Shown one piece after another: positions 26,201 through 37,464 of a stretch of DNA of 64,000 bases (position 1 is the first letter of the stretch; the number at the start of each line of letters is the position of its first letter). Origin of the DNA: Paraphysomonas bandaiensis (lineage: Eukaryota > Protista > Chrysophyceae). The stretch covers positions 186,001 through 250,000 of the forward strand of contig CBFFRP010000108.1 in the NCBI GenBank assembly GCA_965644295.1. Reading direction: 5' to 3'. The notes under the pieces were generated by a model. The model did not search any database and was not told the origin of the DNA. It worked only from the letters and a program-made list of their open reading frames with translations. Both the position numbers and the translations under genes were made by a program.

Positions 26201-29200
26201 GTTGGCGCAGGAAGACCATACTCGACATCCCCACCATCAAATCGAATATCATATGTGCCATCACGATTTGCTTTCAATACACGACCCGGTAACCAACGAC
26301 CCCGAAGACGAGCTTCCACCTTGTCACCGCGCTCAAACTTCACACCCTCAGCATCCGAATCATCAAAGGGATCCTTCTTCAATAACTTCCCACCAACCTT
26401 ACGCATCATACTAGTTGGTACCTTGGGCTCACGATCACCATCGTCATAATCAATAGCATAGGTACCATCTCGATTCGCTCGGGATATTACACCCTTGTAC
26501 CAAGCAGCGCCACCACCGAAACGAGCTTCCACCTTCTCACCTACACTGTACGTCTGGTCCTCAAGCTCAGATTCAAAGGAGTCCTTTCGATGAGGGCTCT
26601 TCGATCGCCCACCAGCGGCTCGAACTGTTGGCGCAGGAAGACCATACTCGACATCCCCACCATCAAATCGAATATCATATGTGCCATCACGATTTGCTTT
26701 CAATACACGACCCGGTAACCAACGACCCCGAAGACGAGCTTCCACCTTGTCACCGCGCTCAAACTTCACACCCTCAGCATCCGAATCATCAAAGGGATCC
26801 TTCTTCAATAACTTCCCACCAACCTTACGCATCATACTAGTTGGTACCTTGGGCTCACGATCACCATCGTCATAATCAATAGCATAGGTACCATCTCGAT
26901 TCGCTCGGGATATTACACCCTTGTACCAAGCAGCGCCACCACCGAAACGAGCTTCCACCTTCTCACCTACACTGTACGTCTGGTCCTCAAGCTCAGAATC
27001 ATCAAATGGATCCTTTCGATGAGGGCTCTTCGATCGTCCACCAGCGGCTCGAACTGTTGGCGCAGGAAGACCATACTCGACATCCCCACCATCAAATCGA
27101 ATATCATATGTGCCATCACGATTTGCTTTCAATACACGACCCGGTAACCAACGACCCCGAAGTCGAGCTTCCACCTTGTCACCGCGCTCAAACTTCACAC
27201 CCTCAGCATCCGAATCATCAAAGGGATCCTTCTTCAATAACTTCCCACCAACCTTACGCATCATACTAGTTGGTACCTTGGGCTCACGATCACCATCGTC
27301 ATAATCAATAGCATAGGTACCATCTCGATTCGCTCGGGATATTACACCCTTGTACCAAGCAGCGCCACCACCGAAACGAGCTTCCACCTTCTCACCTACA
27401 CTGAACGTCTGGTCCTCAAACTCAGAATCATCAAATGGACTTTTCTTCAATGGACTACTTGGACCACCAGCGGCTCGAACTGTTGGCGCAGGAAGACCAT
27501 ACTCGACATCCCCACCATCAAATCGAATATCATATGTGCCATCACGATTTGCTTTCAATACACGACCCGGTAACCAACGACCCCGAACACGAGCTTCCAC
27601 CTTGTCACCGCGCTCAAACTTCACACCCTCAGCATCCGAATCATCAAAGGGATCCTTCTTCAATAACTTCCCACCAACCTTACGCATCATACTAGTTGGT
27701 ACCTTGGGCTCACGATCACCATCGTCATAATCAATAGCATAGGTACCATCTCGATTCGCTCGGGATATTACACCCTTGTACCAAGCAGCGCCACCACCGA
27801 AACGAGCTTCCACCTTCTCACCTACACTGTACGTCTGGTCCTCAAGCTCAGAATCATCAAATGGACTTTTCTTCAATGGACTACTTGGACCACCAGCGGC
27901 TCGAACTGTTGGCGCAGGAAGACCATACTCGACATCCCCACCATCAAATCGAATATCATATGTGCCATCACGATTTGCTTTCAATACACGACCCGGTAAC
28001 CAACGACCCCGAAGACGAGCTTCCACCTTGTCACCGCGCTCAAACTTCACACCCTCAGCATCCGAATCATCAAAGGGATCCTTCTTCAATAACTTCCCAC
28101 CAACCTTACGCATCATACTAGTTGGTACCTTGGGCTCACGATCACCATCGTCATAATCAATAGCATAGGTACCATCTCGATTCGCTCGGGATATTACACC
28201 CTTGTACCAAGCAGCGCCACCACCGAAACGAGCTTCCACCTTCTCACCTACACTGTACGTCTGGTCCTCAAGCTCAGAATCATCAAATGGACTTTTCTTC
28301 AATGGACTACTTGGACCACCAGCGGCTCGAACTGTTGGCGCAGGAAGACCATACTCGACATCCCCACCATCAAATCGAATATCATATGTGCCATCACGAT
28401 TTGCTTTCAATACACGACCCGGTAACCAACGACCCCGAAGACGAGCTTCCACCTTGTCACCGCGCTCAAACTTCACACCCTCAGCATCCGAATCATCAAA
28501 GGGATCCTTCTTCAATAACTTCCCACCAACCTTACGCATCATACTAGTTGGTACCTTGGGCTCACGATCACCATCGTCATAATCAATAGCATAGGTACCA
28601 TCTCGATTCGCTCGGGATATTACACCCTTGTACCAAGCAGCGCCACCACCGAAACGAGCTTCCACCTTCTCACCTACACTGTACGTCTGGTCCTCAAGCT
28701 CAGAATCATCAAATGGACTTTTCTTCAATGGACTACTTGGACCACCAGCGGCTCGAACTGTTGGCGCAGGAAGACCATACTCGACATCCCCACCATCAAA
28801 TCGAATATCATATGTGCCATCACGATTTGCTTTCAATACACGACCCGGTAACCAACGACCCCGAACACGAGCTTCCACCTTGTCACCGCGCTCAAACTTC
28901 ACACCCTCAGCATCCGAATCATCAAAGGGATCCTTCTTCAATAACTTCCCACCAACCTTACGCATCATACTAGTTGGTACCTTGGGCTCACGATCACCAT
29001 CGTCATAATCAATAGCATAGGTACCATCTCGATTCGCTCGGGATATTACACCCTTGTACCAAGCAGCGCCACCACCGAAACGAGCTTCCACCTTCTCACC
29101 TACACTGTACGTCTGGTCCTCAGCATCTGAATCATCTAGGCCCATCCGTGATCGTCCTATTGTTTTTCTTGAAGGTGTTGCAAAGTCAGAGTCATCGGCT

Positions 29201-29797
29201 GCTGAACTTTTAACCGGTGTGTTAGAGACTCCCGAATTGTCGTGAATGCGTATAGGTCGAACTCCTCTTTCCGTCTCCAAATTATCGTCATACATAACAT
29301 CATACGTGCCATCTGCATTCTTCTTTTCTATCGTAGCTTCTCGGTATCCTGGCTTCCCAGGCGGTTTCTTGACCTATCGAATTGTTTATAAAAATCGCAT
29401 ACCAAAGATCATCAAACCTTCACTGCCTGTCCTCGTTCAAATACTTTCGATGTGCTGTTACCAAACTAGTTACTAGGTAAATCCATATTGTAGAACACAA
29501 CCTTGATGTAGTCGTTACTGTCCTCGGTCTGATCGGTGTGCTGGTTCTCCCTCCTCCATCATCAAAACTCCCAGCTCGCGCTCTAATAAAACATTATAAA
29601 TATTGTTTGGGTTTTAGCGGATGGTATACCGTGATAATCCACCACTTGCCGGTCGGGCTCCTCCACTCCTGCTAAGCCTGTGAATATCTAATGAGTACAC
29701 CTCAAAACAACCCATATAATATCTACTTTGGAGGGGGGCGAGCTCGAGCAGGTTTATCAAAGCTTATATCAAATGCCTCAGCGCTCTTTACAGGCAT
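17269..29797 (-). CDS. Giant (~4,050 aa, 9 exons) protein: ~31 Tudor/SH3-fold repeats, many EF-hands and a C-terminal nephrocystin-1 homology domain
   Basis: ATG 29797; four small exons splice into exon ~29373-22111; intron 22110-22061 joins the EF-hand exon in frame; further short introns lead to the 17269 stop. C-terminal motifs GLPANYRLSVL, NVMKLHG..PKK.DMWHFS, LFMEL, EMSAGW, GGTPF, LPQNII, YRHYLAD, PIFSSFPRIL occur in the order I recall for NPHP1. Confidence 0.8.
22790..29125 (-). repeat. Coding tandem array: 16 type-A + 14 type-B Tudor-like units (~213 bp each; AB dimer 426-429 bp)
   Basis: Near-identical DNA repeats; two positions have AA instead of AB (639-bp spacing). Confidence 0.97.
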
Positions 29798-30506
29798 GAG
29801 AAAATAAAATAATACTCAAAACAAAGTCTAATTTAATAATCAATACTCAGCATAATGAACACTTTCGGTCATTCGTTTGCGCTGATGAAAAAATATCGTT
29901 ATCCAAACAGACCTCAATGAGCAGAATGGATTCTATTCTAGTAGACTCACTCGACACTCACTCTGCAGACAGTTCAGTTCCTCTTATGCCGATATTTAAA
30001 TACTTCGTTCCGTTTTTGAAATACAGCAAGCAATACTGAAAGAGGAATACATGCAACTACCGTAGAATACCATGGAATACAGCAAACTACAACTGTATTC
30101 AGATAAATACGGCCGCTCATCTCCATGGATCTGGCTGTGGTATTCCGGTATTGTATTGTAGGGCCAGCCTGTATGTGTGCTGTACATCCTCTGTACAGCT
30201 GCACCTCAAGCAGTGCATGGATCCTCTGTAGGCAGTGTACGTATGTATGGCACAGTGCTATGCACGCATGCTCGCTCGTATGCACCGTAAGACATGAGTG
30301 CAAGAACAACTGGGGACAGAGGCACTGCTTCCAGTTATACATCTACGGTTGCAAAGTATAAATAGATGATTCAGCTCTCACGTGCATCATCCTATTGCAT
30401 CTAGTGAACTATATCACAAGAGCACTAACGCATAAGTAAGTGGGTCTGCTAGAACAATAATCAAAACCAGACCATTCGTGAACAAAATTATCTGATAGCA
30501 TAAGAA

Positions 30507-32117
30507 ATGCGTATACCGACACGGTCCAAAATAATAGGCTATGGCCTGACTAGTCTAGGAAAGAGTGGTAACATCTACGTTTTCACGCAGTCATGTTTTC
30601 ACAGTATTTTTAGGTAAAAAAGCATCTGATCTCATACAAGAGGCACTTCGAAGTGCTTTACTCAGCACCGGAGCAGAGTTAACTCAATTGGATGGACTGA
30701 TTGCAGTTCCTTCCTTGGCTGAGCCGCGATTCATGGAGGCACACTACATTGGTACGGTATGCTTGGAGTGTATTTATACCAAGTGCTGATATCGGTTCAC
30801 ATAGGTACTCGCATTGGACTACTTCCACATAAGAATGTACTCGTTCGAACTATTGTAAGCTCTTGATATTTCATGTTCGTGCTTTTACCGAAATATTGTA
30901 GGACACTGGTGGTGCTGGTCCAATCAGCGCTCTTCTAGAGGCCGATGAAATGATTCGTCACGAAGGATGCGATTTAGTAGCTATGGTTGCCGGTGATGCA
31001 GTATCATCTCTTGACACAGCGGAATTTTTAAAGAGAGCTGATGCTGGATGTGCCTCACCAGATAACGACGTGCCGTCGCCCGTGATTCCGAATGGTTACG
31101 ACAAGGTTGCTCAATGGCAAATGGAAAAATATGGAGGTGAGATCTCTATACTCGATTTGCTCAATGGTAGCAAGTGACAATGTGTTCGTATACAACAACG
31201 CAGTTACCCGTGAGCAGTTGGCGATGGTATCTGTTCTTATGAGCTATCAGGCATCCCGTCACCCCATGGCCCTAACCAAGCAGCCTACGACGCTGGAGGC
31301 TGTTCTTTCATCTCGTACTATTGCTCCTTGCACGAACCTTCTTGAGTGTGCGAGGAGAGCAGATGGGGCAGCAGCTATTTTGGTGGCCTCCTCCCGGTTT
31401 GTATCCCGCATGGGGTGGGACCACAAGCCTGCTCCTGTGGTTGTAGGTGGGGGGGAAGCTAGTGGGCCCCTCTACCCTCCAAAGGAAATATCAGAAGATA
31501 TGTTTTCCTGTGAGGAAGCCGCCCAATCTGCGTACGCATGTTTACAACGATGGTATTAGTGTAATATGTTTGTAGGTATTCCCGGGCACAATTGGGTGTG
31601 TCTGATATTGACTTTTTCGGGTTATACGACTGCTACCCGATTTGCTTTATTCGAGCTGTGGAAGCAGTAAACGTAAGTTATCTTTGGAGCACGTATTCTT
31701 TTAACTTCTTGATTTTGTGATCAGCTGGCACCTAAAGGTAAGGGAGGTGAATGGGTGGAAGCGATGTATCACAAGCACTGCTTGAATCCTGACGGATCTC
31801 CAAAGGAAGCCCCTCTTCCCGATTCGAGGGTACCTGCTGAGAGTATTCTACCAGTTAATACTCATGGGGGTTTGTTATCCTTTGGTGCGCCTTGGGAAAC
31901 ACCGGCAATGTATAATATTATTGAGGCAGTTGCACAACTGAATGGAACAGCTGGGAGTAGGCAAGTACCAAATGCCAGACGTGCGCTTGTATATGGTATG
32001 TATAGTTGTATTAATAACCCCGTTGAAATTAAGACATTTTTTCTGCGGTTTGGTTTAGGTAATGGAGGCATATTTAGTGCTTCAGCTGTTGCTATACTTG
32101 GCAACGGGATTTATTAA
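30507..32117 (+). CDS. Thiolase-fold protein lacking the catalytic Cys/His (SCP2/Ltp2-like), multi-exon
   Basis: IIGYGLTSLGK, DTGGAGP at the usual CxS site, CARRADGAAA, GLYDCYP, PVNTHGGLLSFGAPW, A..QL.G.AG.RQV, YGNGG. Confidence 0.88.
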
Positions 32118-33216
32118 CATTCCTAATTAAACACCTATGTGATTGCCTATTGCGGAACAAAGACTATAGCGAATGGACTAGTATTAGCAGTTGTAGTAAT
32201 AATATATCTTTGTTGGTATGGTGATACAGTAACAGTAGAAGTAAGTGTTACAGTCCGCAAGTATATGACAATATATATACAGCTCACTATGCGAAAACCT
32301 TTGTTTTTTTACCGAATACAGGTCTCCCAGTGAGTTATAAGTATTAGATATTGCGAATCGACGCTTCAGTGAGGTCATGGTCTAATAATTCAGATTCTAG
32401 CTTGATTCAATGTTTAGAATATATAAGATAGTTCGTGTCTGTTGGTATGTTATACGTAACACTATATAATCTGTTCCACTTATATTATGATACCTGAGTA
32501 AATAGGTAGAAAACACTGTAAGGTGTAAGGCTGTAAATGACTGTAAGAAATGCGTTGACTTCAAACACCTACACGTTGACACACACTATACTATCTGCTA
32601 CACTCAAAACAACTACTAGGCTATCCTCTAATTTTTGGAAAAGTTTTGCTTTTCCACAGTTTGATCACTCTTTGCACCGGCCTATCTATGCAGTCTGTTA
32701 TTCCCATACCTCTAGGTGCTTCAGAGAGTACAATGACTAGATAAGCTACTTCACAGCATTTCTTCACACTTACCTTGCATTTCTTCAACTGGAATGGTGG
32801 GCTATCTGTGCCCTTCTCTTCTAATTTAATGATGATGTCCGTCACATGTTCTTCCTTGCTCAACAGTTTCCTGCTGTTTCCTGTTTCCTGAAAAAAGTAT
32901 GGGTATTCTTACAATTCGTAAGATATTCTGATAAAATTTGAAGTTTCTGTTATTGGACGGTCTAAAACCAGCAGTTTTCATGTCCAAGTCGAAATGTCCA
33001 AAGCCTCAGATACAACATACATGTAGCTGACTACAGCATCCGATACACTACGAAGCAGGAGGATCCGTCAGTGCTGCAGTGTTACACTGAAAACAGCCAT
33101 CATCCAGCCCATCATACCATCCACTGCAGCTGTCCCTATAGCGTGATATAAGAGATAAATCCCTCCCAATATCGCCCTGTAGATATCCGTGTAACCACTA
33201 TACGTTACAGGACACA

Positions 33217-35148
33217 ATGGGGTGTTGCTCTGCGAGGGAACATACATTTTCTACCTCAAATACTCCATCTGAAGACAGTCGTCGGGCAGATATCCCAATC
33301 CTACAGGCTGATTCATTTATAATCAAGCGACCTCTAACTGAGGGTTCATGTGGCAAAGTTTATTCTGCTGTCAATAGATTGGATCATAGTAAGGTGGCAT
33401 TAAAGTTTTTTGGGTACACATCTCGTCCCCCTGACCCGCAGGCCATACAGCGTGAACTAGAGCTCATGGCATCGCTCAGAGATATAGATGGCATAGTCCA
33501 AATAAAAGGTTATTTCTTAGATACACCTGATGGATTGGTTGAAAATAAATTATACTTGCAACGCTACCCAGTGATTGTAATGGAGTTACTGGAAGGTGGA
33601 GATGTATTTGATCACATCCAGGATCGACAATATCTGACTGAGAAACATATTGCCCAAATGTTTAAGTCAATCATACGTGCATTGGATAGCCTTCACAAAC
33701 GGCGTTATATACACCGTGACTTGAAACTTGAAAATCTTATGCTGGTAAATTGTGGGAATGAGAGCCCAGTAAAAATAATCGATTTTGACATTATGGTGTC
33801 CATGCCTTCTGAAGATGAAGACACGTACCGTAGTTGCAGTGTTGATGGGTCGCCCGGAATGATAGCCCCAGAATCTATTATGCAGTTTGAATATTCTCCT
33901 CGGAGTGATGTGTGGCAAGCGGGGTGTACACTCTACGCCTTGCTCAGTGGAACACACGCTTTTTCTCCCCGTCGTCTTGACCGCATCATATCTGCACAGT
34001 ACACTATGACAGGCCCTTCTTGGGAGGGCATTTCTGATAGTGCCAAAGATCTAATTGCCTCCTTACTCCAAGCTAAACCAGAGGATAGGTTGACTACAGC
34101 TAGTATTCTTTCCCACCCATGGCTCGTGAGTGAAGCCCCCGACACAATCATATTTGGAGAAGAATACAAAACACGCATTATGAATCTCGTTCTTGGGGAG
34201 AAGCTCCGTATATTTTTTCAAGATAGCGACATTGAAGCAGTCAACACAGATCGCAGGAAAAACCTCCGCAGCCTTCTTCCTTTCTTGAAACCTATATGGA
34301 TGAGCAGAAGGAGCTCTGGTTCTAACGTTGCACTTCCTGCTCTGACCCCTGGAAGATCGCAGACTACAACTTCTGTGAACTCGGAAGAGGATTGCGGGAA
34401 AAATGACGACCCTGAGGAGGAGGTTGAATGGGTTGAGTTTGAGCAAAAACTGAATAAGCTACGTCGCCTAGTCATTGATCAATCTATCCGATCACAAATG
34501 TCGCGGAGTACTATTGGTGCCCTGTCCTCCGAGAATGAGGAAGATCACGACAGCACCAAGGAAGACCACGTCTCTTCACTTTCAAGAAACAAAGATATCA
34601 CTTTTTCTACTTTTGTGCGGCTGCTTTCGGAAGTAGGTCTGCAGCAGCTGGCAAACCAGCAGGTGTTTAGCATATTTGACATTGGCAATACTGGTACGGT
34701 TGATATCACTAACTTCCTCCTTGCCCTACTGGCGTTTAGGCCTGAGAACGAACCAGAGCAAGAGGGTTGTGATGAGGGATGTTCTGGACGTTGTGCATCT
34801 GCCGCACGACTCTATTTTGATATGTTTGATATTAATAACACGGGATACATTGACCTTGAGGAGATGAAAGTCATTGTGCGGTGTATGTTGTTAAAAGACA
34901 AATATGAGGAGTCACGGGCCAGTATGCGCCTTAGTTTGGGAGTTTCTGCTACTGGTAGTGGAAAATATAGGAAAAGTTTGAAGCCAGCTTTGAGTCGTAG
35001 TGAGAGTGCCAAGCGTATAAACGTTAAATCCGCAGATGTGGACACTCTGTTTAATGTGATCGATGTCAACAAGAGCGGAAAGATATACTTTGATGACTTC
35101 AGAAAGTTTTATGATACCATGCTGTCTCCATCTCAATGTAACTCATAG
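33217..35148 (+). CDS. Ca2+-regulated Ser/Thr kinase (CAMK group) with three C-terminal EF-hands; intronless
   Basis: MGCC N-terminus; GSCGKV, VALK, HRDLKLEN, DFD, APE, SDVW; EF loops DIGNTGTVD, DINNTGYID, DVNKSGKIY. Confidence 0.92.
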   Translation: MGCCSAREHTFSTSNTPSEDSRRADIPILQADSFIIKRPLTEGSCGKVYSAVNRLDHSKVALKFFGYTSRPPDPQAIQRELELMASLRDIDGIVQIKGYFLDTPDGLVENKLYLQRYPVIVMELLEGGDVFDHIQDRQYLTEKHIAQMFKSIIRALDSLHKRRYIHRDLKLENLMLVNCGNESPVKIIDFDIMVSMPSEDEDTYRSCSVDGSPGMIAPESIMQFEYSPRSDVWQAGCTLYALLSGTHAFSPRRLDRIISAQYTMTGPSWEGISDSAKDLIASLLQAKPEDRLTTASILSHPWLVSEAPDTIIFGEEYKTRIMNLVLGEKLRIFFQDSDIEAVNTDRRKNLRSLLPFLKPIWMSRRSSGSNVALPALTPGRSQTTTSVNSEEDCGKNDDPEEEVEWVEFEQKLNKLRRLVIDQSIRSQMSRSTIGALSSENEEDHDSTKEDHVSSLSRNKDITFSTFVRLLSEVGLQQLANQQVFSIFDIGNTGTVDITNFLLALLAFRPENEPEQEGCDEGCSGRCASAARLYFDMFDINNTGYIDLEEMKVIVRCMLLKDKYEESRASMRLSLGVSATGSGKYRKSLKPALSRSESAKRINVKSADVDTLFNVIDVNKSGKIYFDDFRKFYDTMLSPSQCNS

Positions 35149-35640
35149 CATGAAAACCTGCTCTCAATAGTTTCCTGGTTTACTCGCGAATCGAATAACA
35201 AGATATGACCGGAGTCTAACGTTTATGTAGTGATCACCCTTTTCTCTGGCCGTTTATTCTACATAGGGCCATGATTCTGTATTATTTTTCTGTGCTGTGT
35301 TATGATTTGTTTTCAGAAAGAATTTCTACATATATGTCATATGCCTCACTCGCTGAATTTGTCTAGGTGATTCCTTGAGTAGGCTCGTTGTTGTGAACTA
35401 CTCTCTGTGAAATATACGGTTGTAGCTATGTTTGTCTCCGAATGGCATGAAATATTCATATTTGTGAACACGTTCATAAGCTCCTTACGCGCTCACCGTC
35501 AAGTTACAGAGCGTATGCAGTCCTTATGCTTGGAGGAGTGCTATTATTTTCATGTGTATATGTTGTGCTATCAAGCTCTGCCACGTGTGCTTAGCACGTG
35601 ATCTCTTAGTGAAAATATTTATGGACTATTAATCAGTAAT

Positions 35641-35826
35641 CAGAGCTGTATAATATTTAGTCATTAGTCAACATTGCTATTGCTAAAATCAAAATATTGA
35701 TTGCAATCTATTGTGAGCTATTTTAACAGTAACAATATTGATGAAATACTTGGTCGGTCCACCAATCAATATATTGTTGTTGCAATATATTGCACTTCAA
35801 TATAATAATATTGTTCCGTAGCCCTG
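35641..35826. mobile_element. Degenerate hAT-type MITE (family of 53367-53582 and ~50205-50318)
   Basis: Ends AATATTGTTCCGTAGCCCTG; interior similar to 50205-50318; no clear TSD. Confidence 0.5.
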
Positions 35827-36156
35827 CTACATACACTAATATTACTTCGCATCTAATACTATATACATATGTATAGTATCTTTGTTAGAGGTTGACATTT
35901 TGACTCTTGAGGTGTAATATAACTGAACGCTGCAAAGAAAACACCCAATTAATTAATAAATTTAAGAATATTCTTTTATATACAATCAATTTCTGTACCT
36001 TCTGACAGGCTAGGTGGCATACAGTATACATTAGTGCAATGTACTTCTATGATATAGCGAATTGGAGCGTATTATATTTTTTCTTTTCAGAGGAAATTAG
36101 CCTTTACGCACCAAAACGAATACAGAGTATAGTTCAATTGGTTCTTATATACAGTT

Positions 36157-36247
36157 CAGGGCCTGGTAACTGTTAATGGTAATGCCATTATAATTGCCGG
36201 TAAGCGGACTACCATATTAAGGGGCCATTAATGGTTACCAGGCCCTG
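36157..36247. mobile_element. 91-bp hAT-type MITE
   Basis: 14-bp perfect TIR CAGGGCCTGGTAAC/GTTACCAGGCCCTG; 8-bp flanks ATACAGTT/CTACAGTT (7/8 match). Confidence 0.8.
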
Positions 36248-36399
36248 CTACAGTTGTGAGGAGAATGAGGAGTAATCAGACGAGAAAATTAGAGAAACTC
36301 TAAAACCTCGTTTGTGTTTGTGTATGAACAGAGACTATCTTCTCTGATGCGTTTGACAGCTTTGACCTGTTTGACAGCTTTGACCCCTCAACAAAGTCG

Positions 36400-36840
36400 G
36401 ACTCGCACCTTTTCGTGGTGTTCTGGGGGATAAGTACCGGAGATATTTCTCCGGGAAACTAACGTGAGCCGCATATTATATATAGTCAGCAGATATATTG
36501 TTCTGCCCACTCATAGCCAAATGCTTGTGTGGTACAAGGGACACTAATAAGTGTCACTTGTGTAGACGTCTTTGGGCCCTGACGAATAAACAGGCATCCG
36601 GGAATGGGCCTACCTCAAGGGTAACCGGGGTATTGGGCTGCCTGCTGAAGTTAAGCATCCGGGATGTTCACCTTAAGAACTCAAAAAACCTGAAGTCAGC
36701 AGATGTCAGGTATATCAACATTCTGCTTGCTCCCTGCGTTTGCTTTGAGTGATAGAGCGGGGGTGGTTGCACCTTGGTGCAAGCAGCTTTCATATCGTTA
36801 AATAGTAGGATATTAGAGTTAAGCGCTAGGTAGTTAAGCA
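36400..36840 (+). repeat. Copy of the GC-rich 60-bp-subunit repeat family (paralogous empty site of the Copia insertion)
   Basis: GTGAGCCGCATA...AGTCAGCAGATATATTGTTCTGCCCACTCATAGCC matches the two halves flanking the Copia (43525-43559 and 49522 onward). Confidence 0.85.
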
Positions 36841-37464
36841 GTGTCAGGTACATTTGTGGTGCTTTTATGTTATTCTTGCTTAGTAGGTTTTCATCCGAGC
36901 GGGGAAGGTGCACGGTTTCCTACTAGTGTAAGTCACTCGGGAGAAGAGTGCAAGGTGGATGCATGTGCTGGACGAGTGCACACAATGGAGGGAAGACATT
37001 GGAGTCAGCTTGAATTTGTAACAGATTTTTGTTGATGTCTGTTTCATGCGTCAGTGTGCAAAATTGCACCAGTGAGACCGCTTCGTGACCGTGGGAGGAC
37101 CCGGCGCTATAGAGCTACTTTATTCTCCCTTCCAGACTACCTGCTGCTGTGAACACCACCTTGAAGAGGGCCCTAAAGATCTGCCGCGTATACAGGAGAC
37201 ATATGCCGAAGTCACCGACCGCAAGTTGTTTGTGTAAGGACAAGTAGATTGGGCAGGAGCGTATGATCCGGCTTAAACACGCAACTCGTCGTATGCCCAT
37301 GTAGCTAACTAAATCGTGTTGTATAGTTGAGCACTTGTCGGTGCATGCAATAGTAACTAGATGAGAGTCATGTTATGCATAGTGTCGCGCGAGTTGTTAG
37401 GTTGGTCGCGGCAACGCACATGCGCTTCTTAATAATCTGACATTCAATATATGACAGCTTTGAC

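Noticed and set aside
22794-29245. Dozens of plus-strand 63-126 aa ORFs
   Set aside because: Antisense shadows of the coding repeat array; they recur with its period.
32621-32890. Exon-like minus-strand fragment (SKEEHVTDIIIKLEEKG...)
   Set aside because: Splice-like signals are present but I could not build a coherent gene or recognise a motif.
36842-37442. Possible solo LTR TGTCAG...CTGACA
   Set aside because: No TSD, and the right end coincides with the terminus of the 60-bp-subunit family; origin unresolved.
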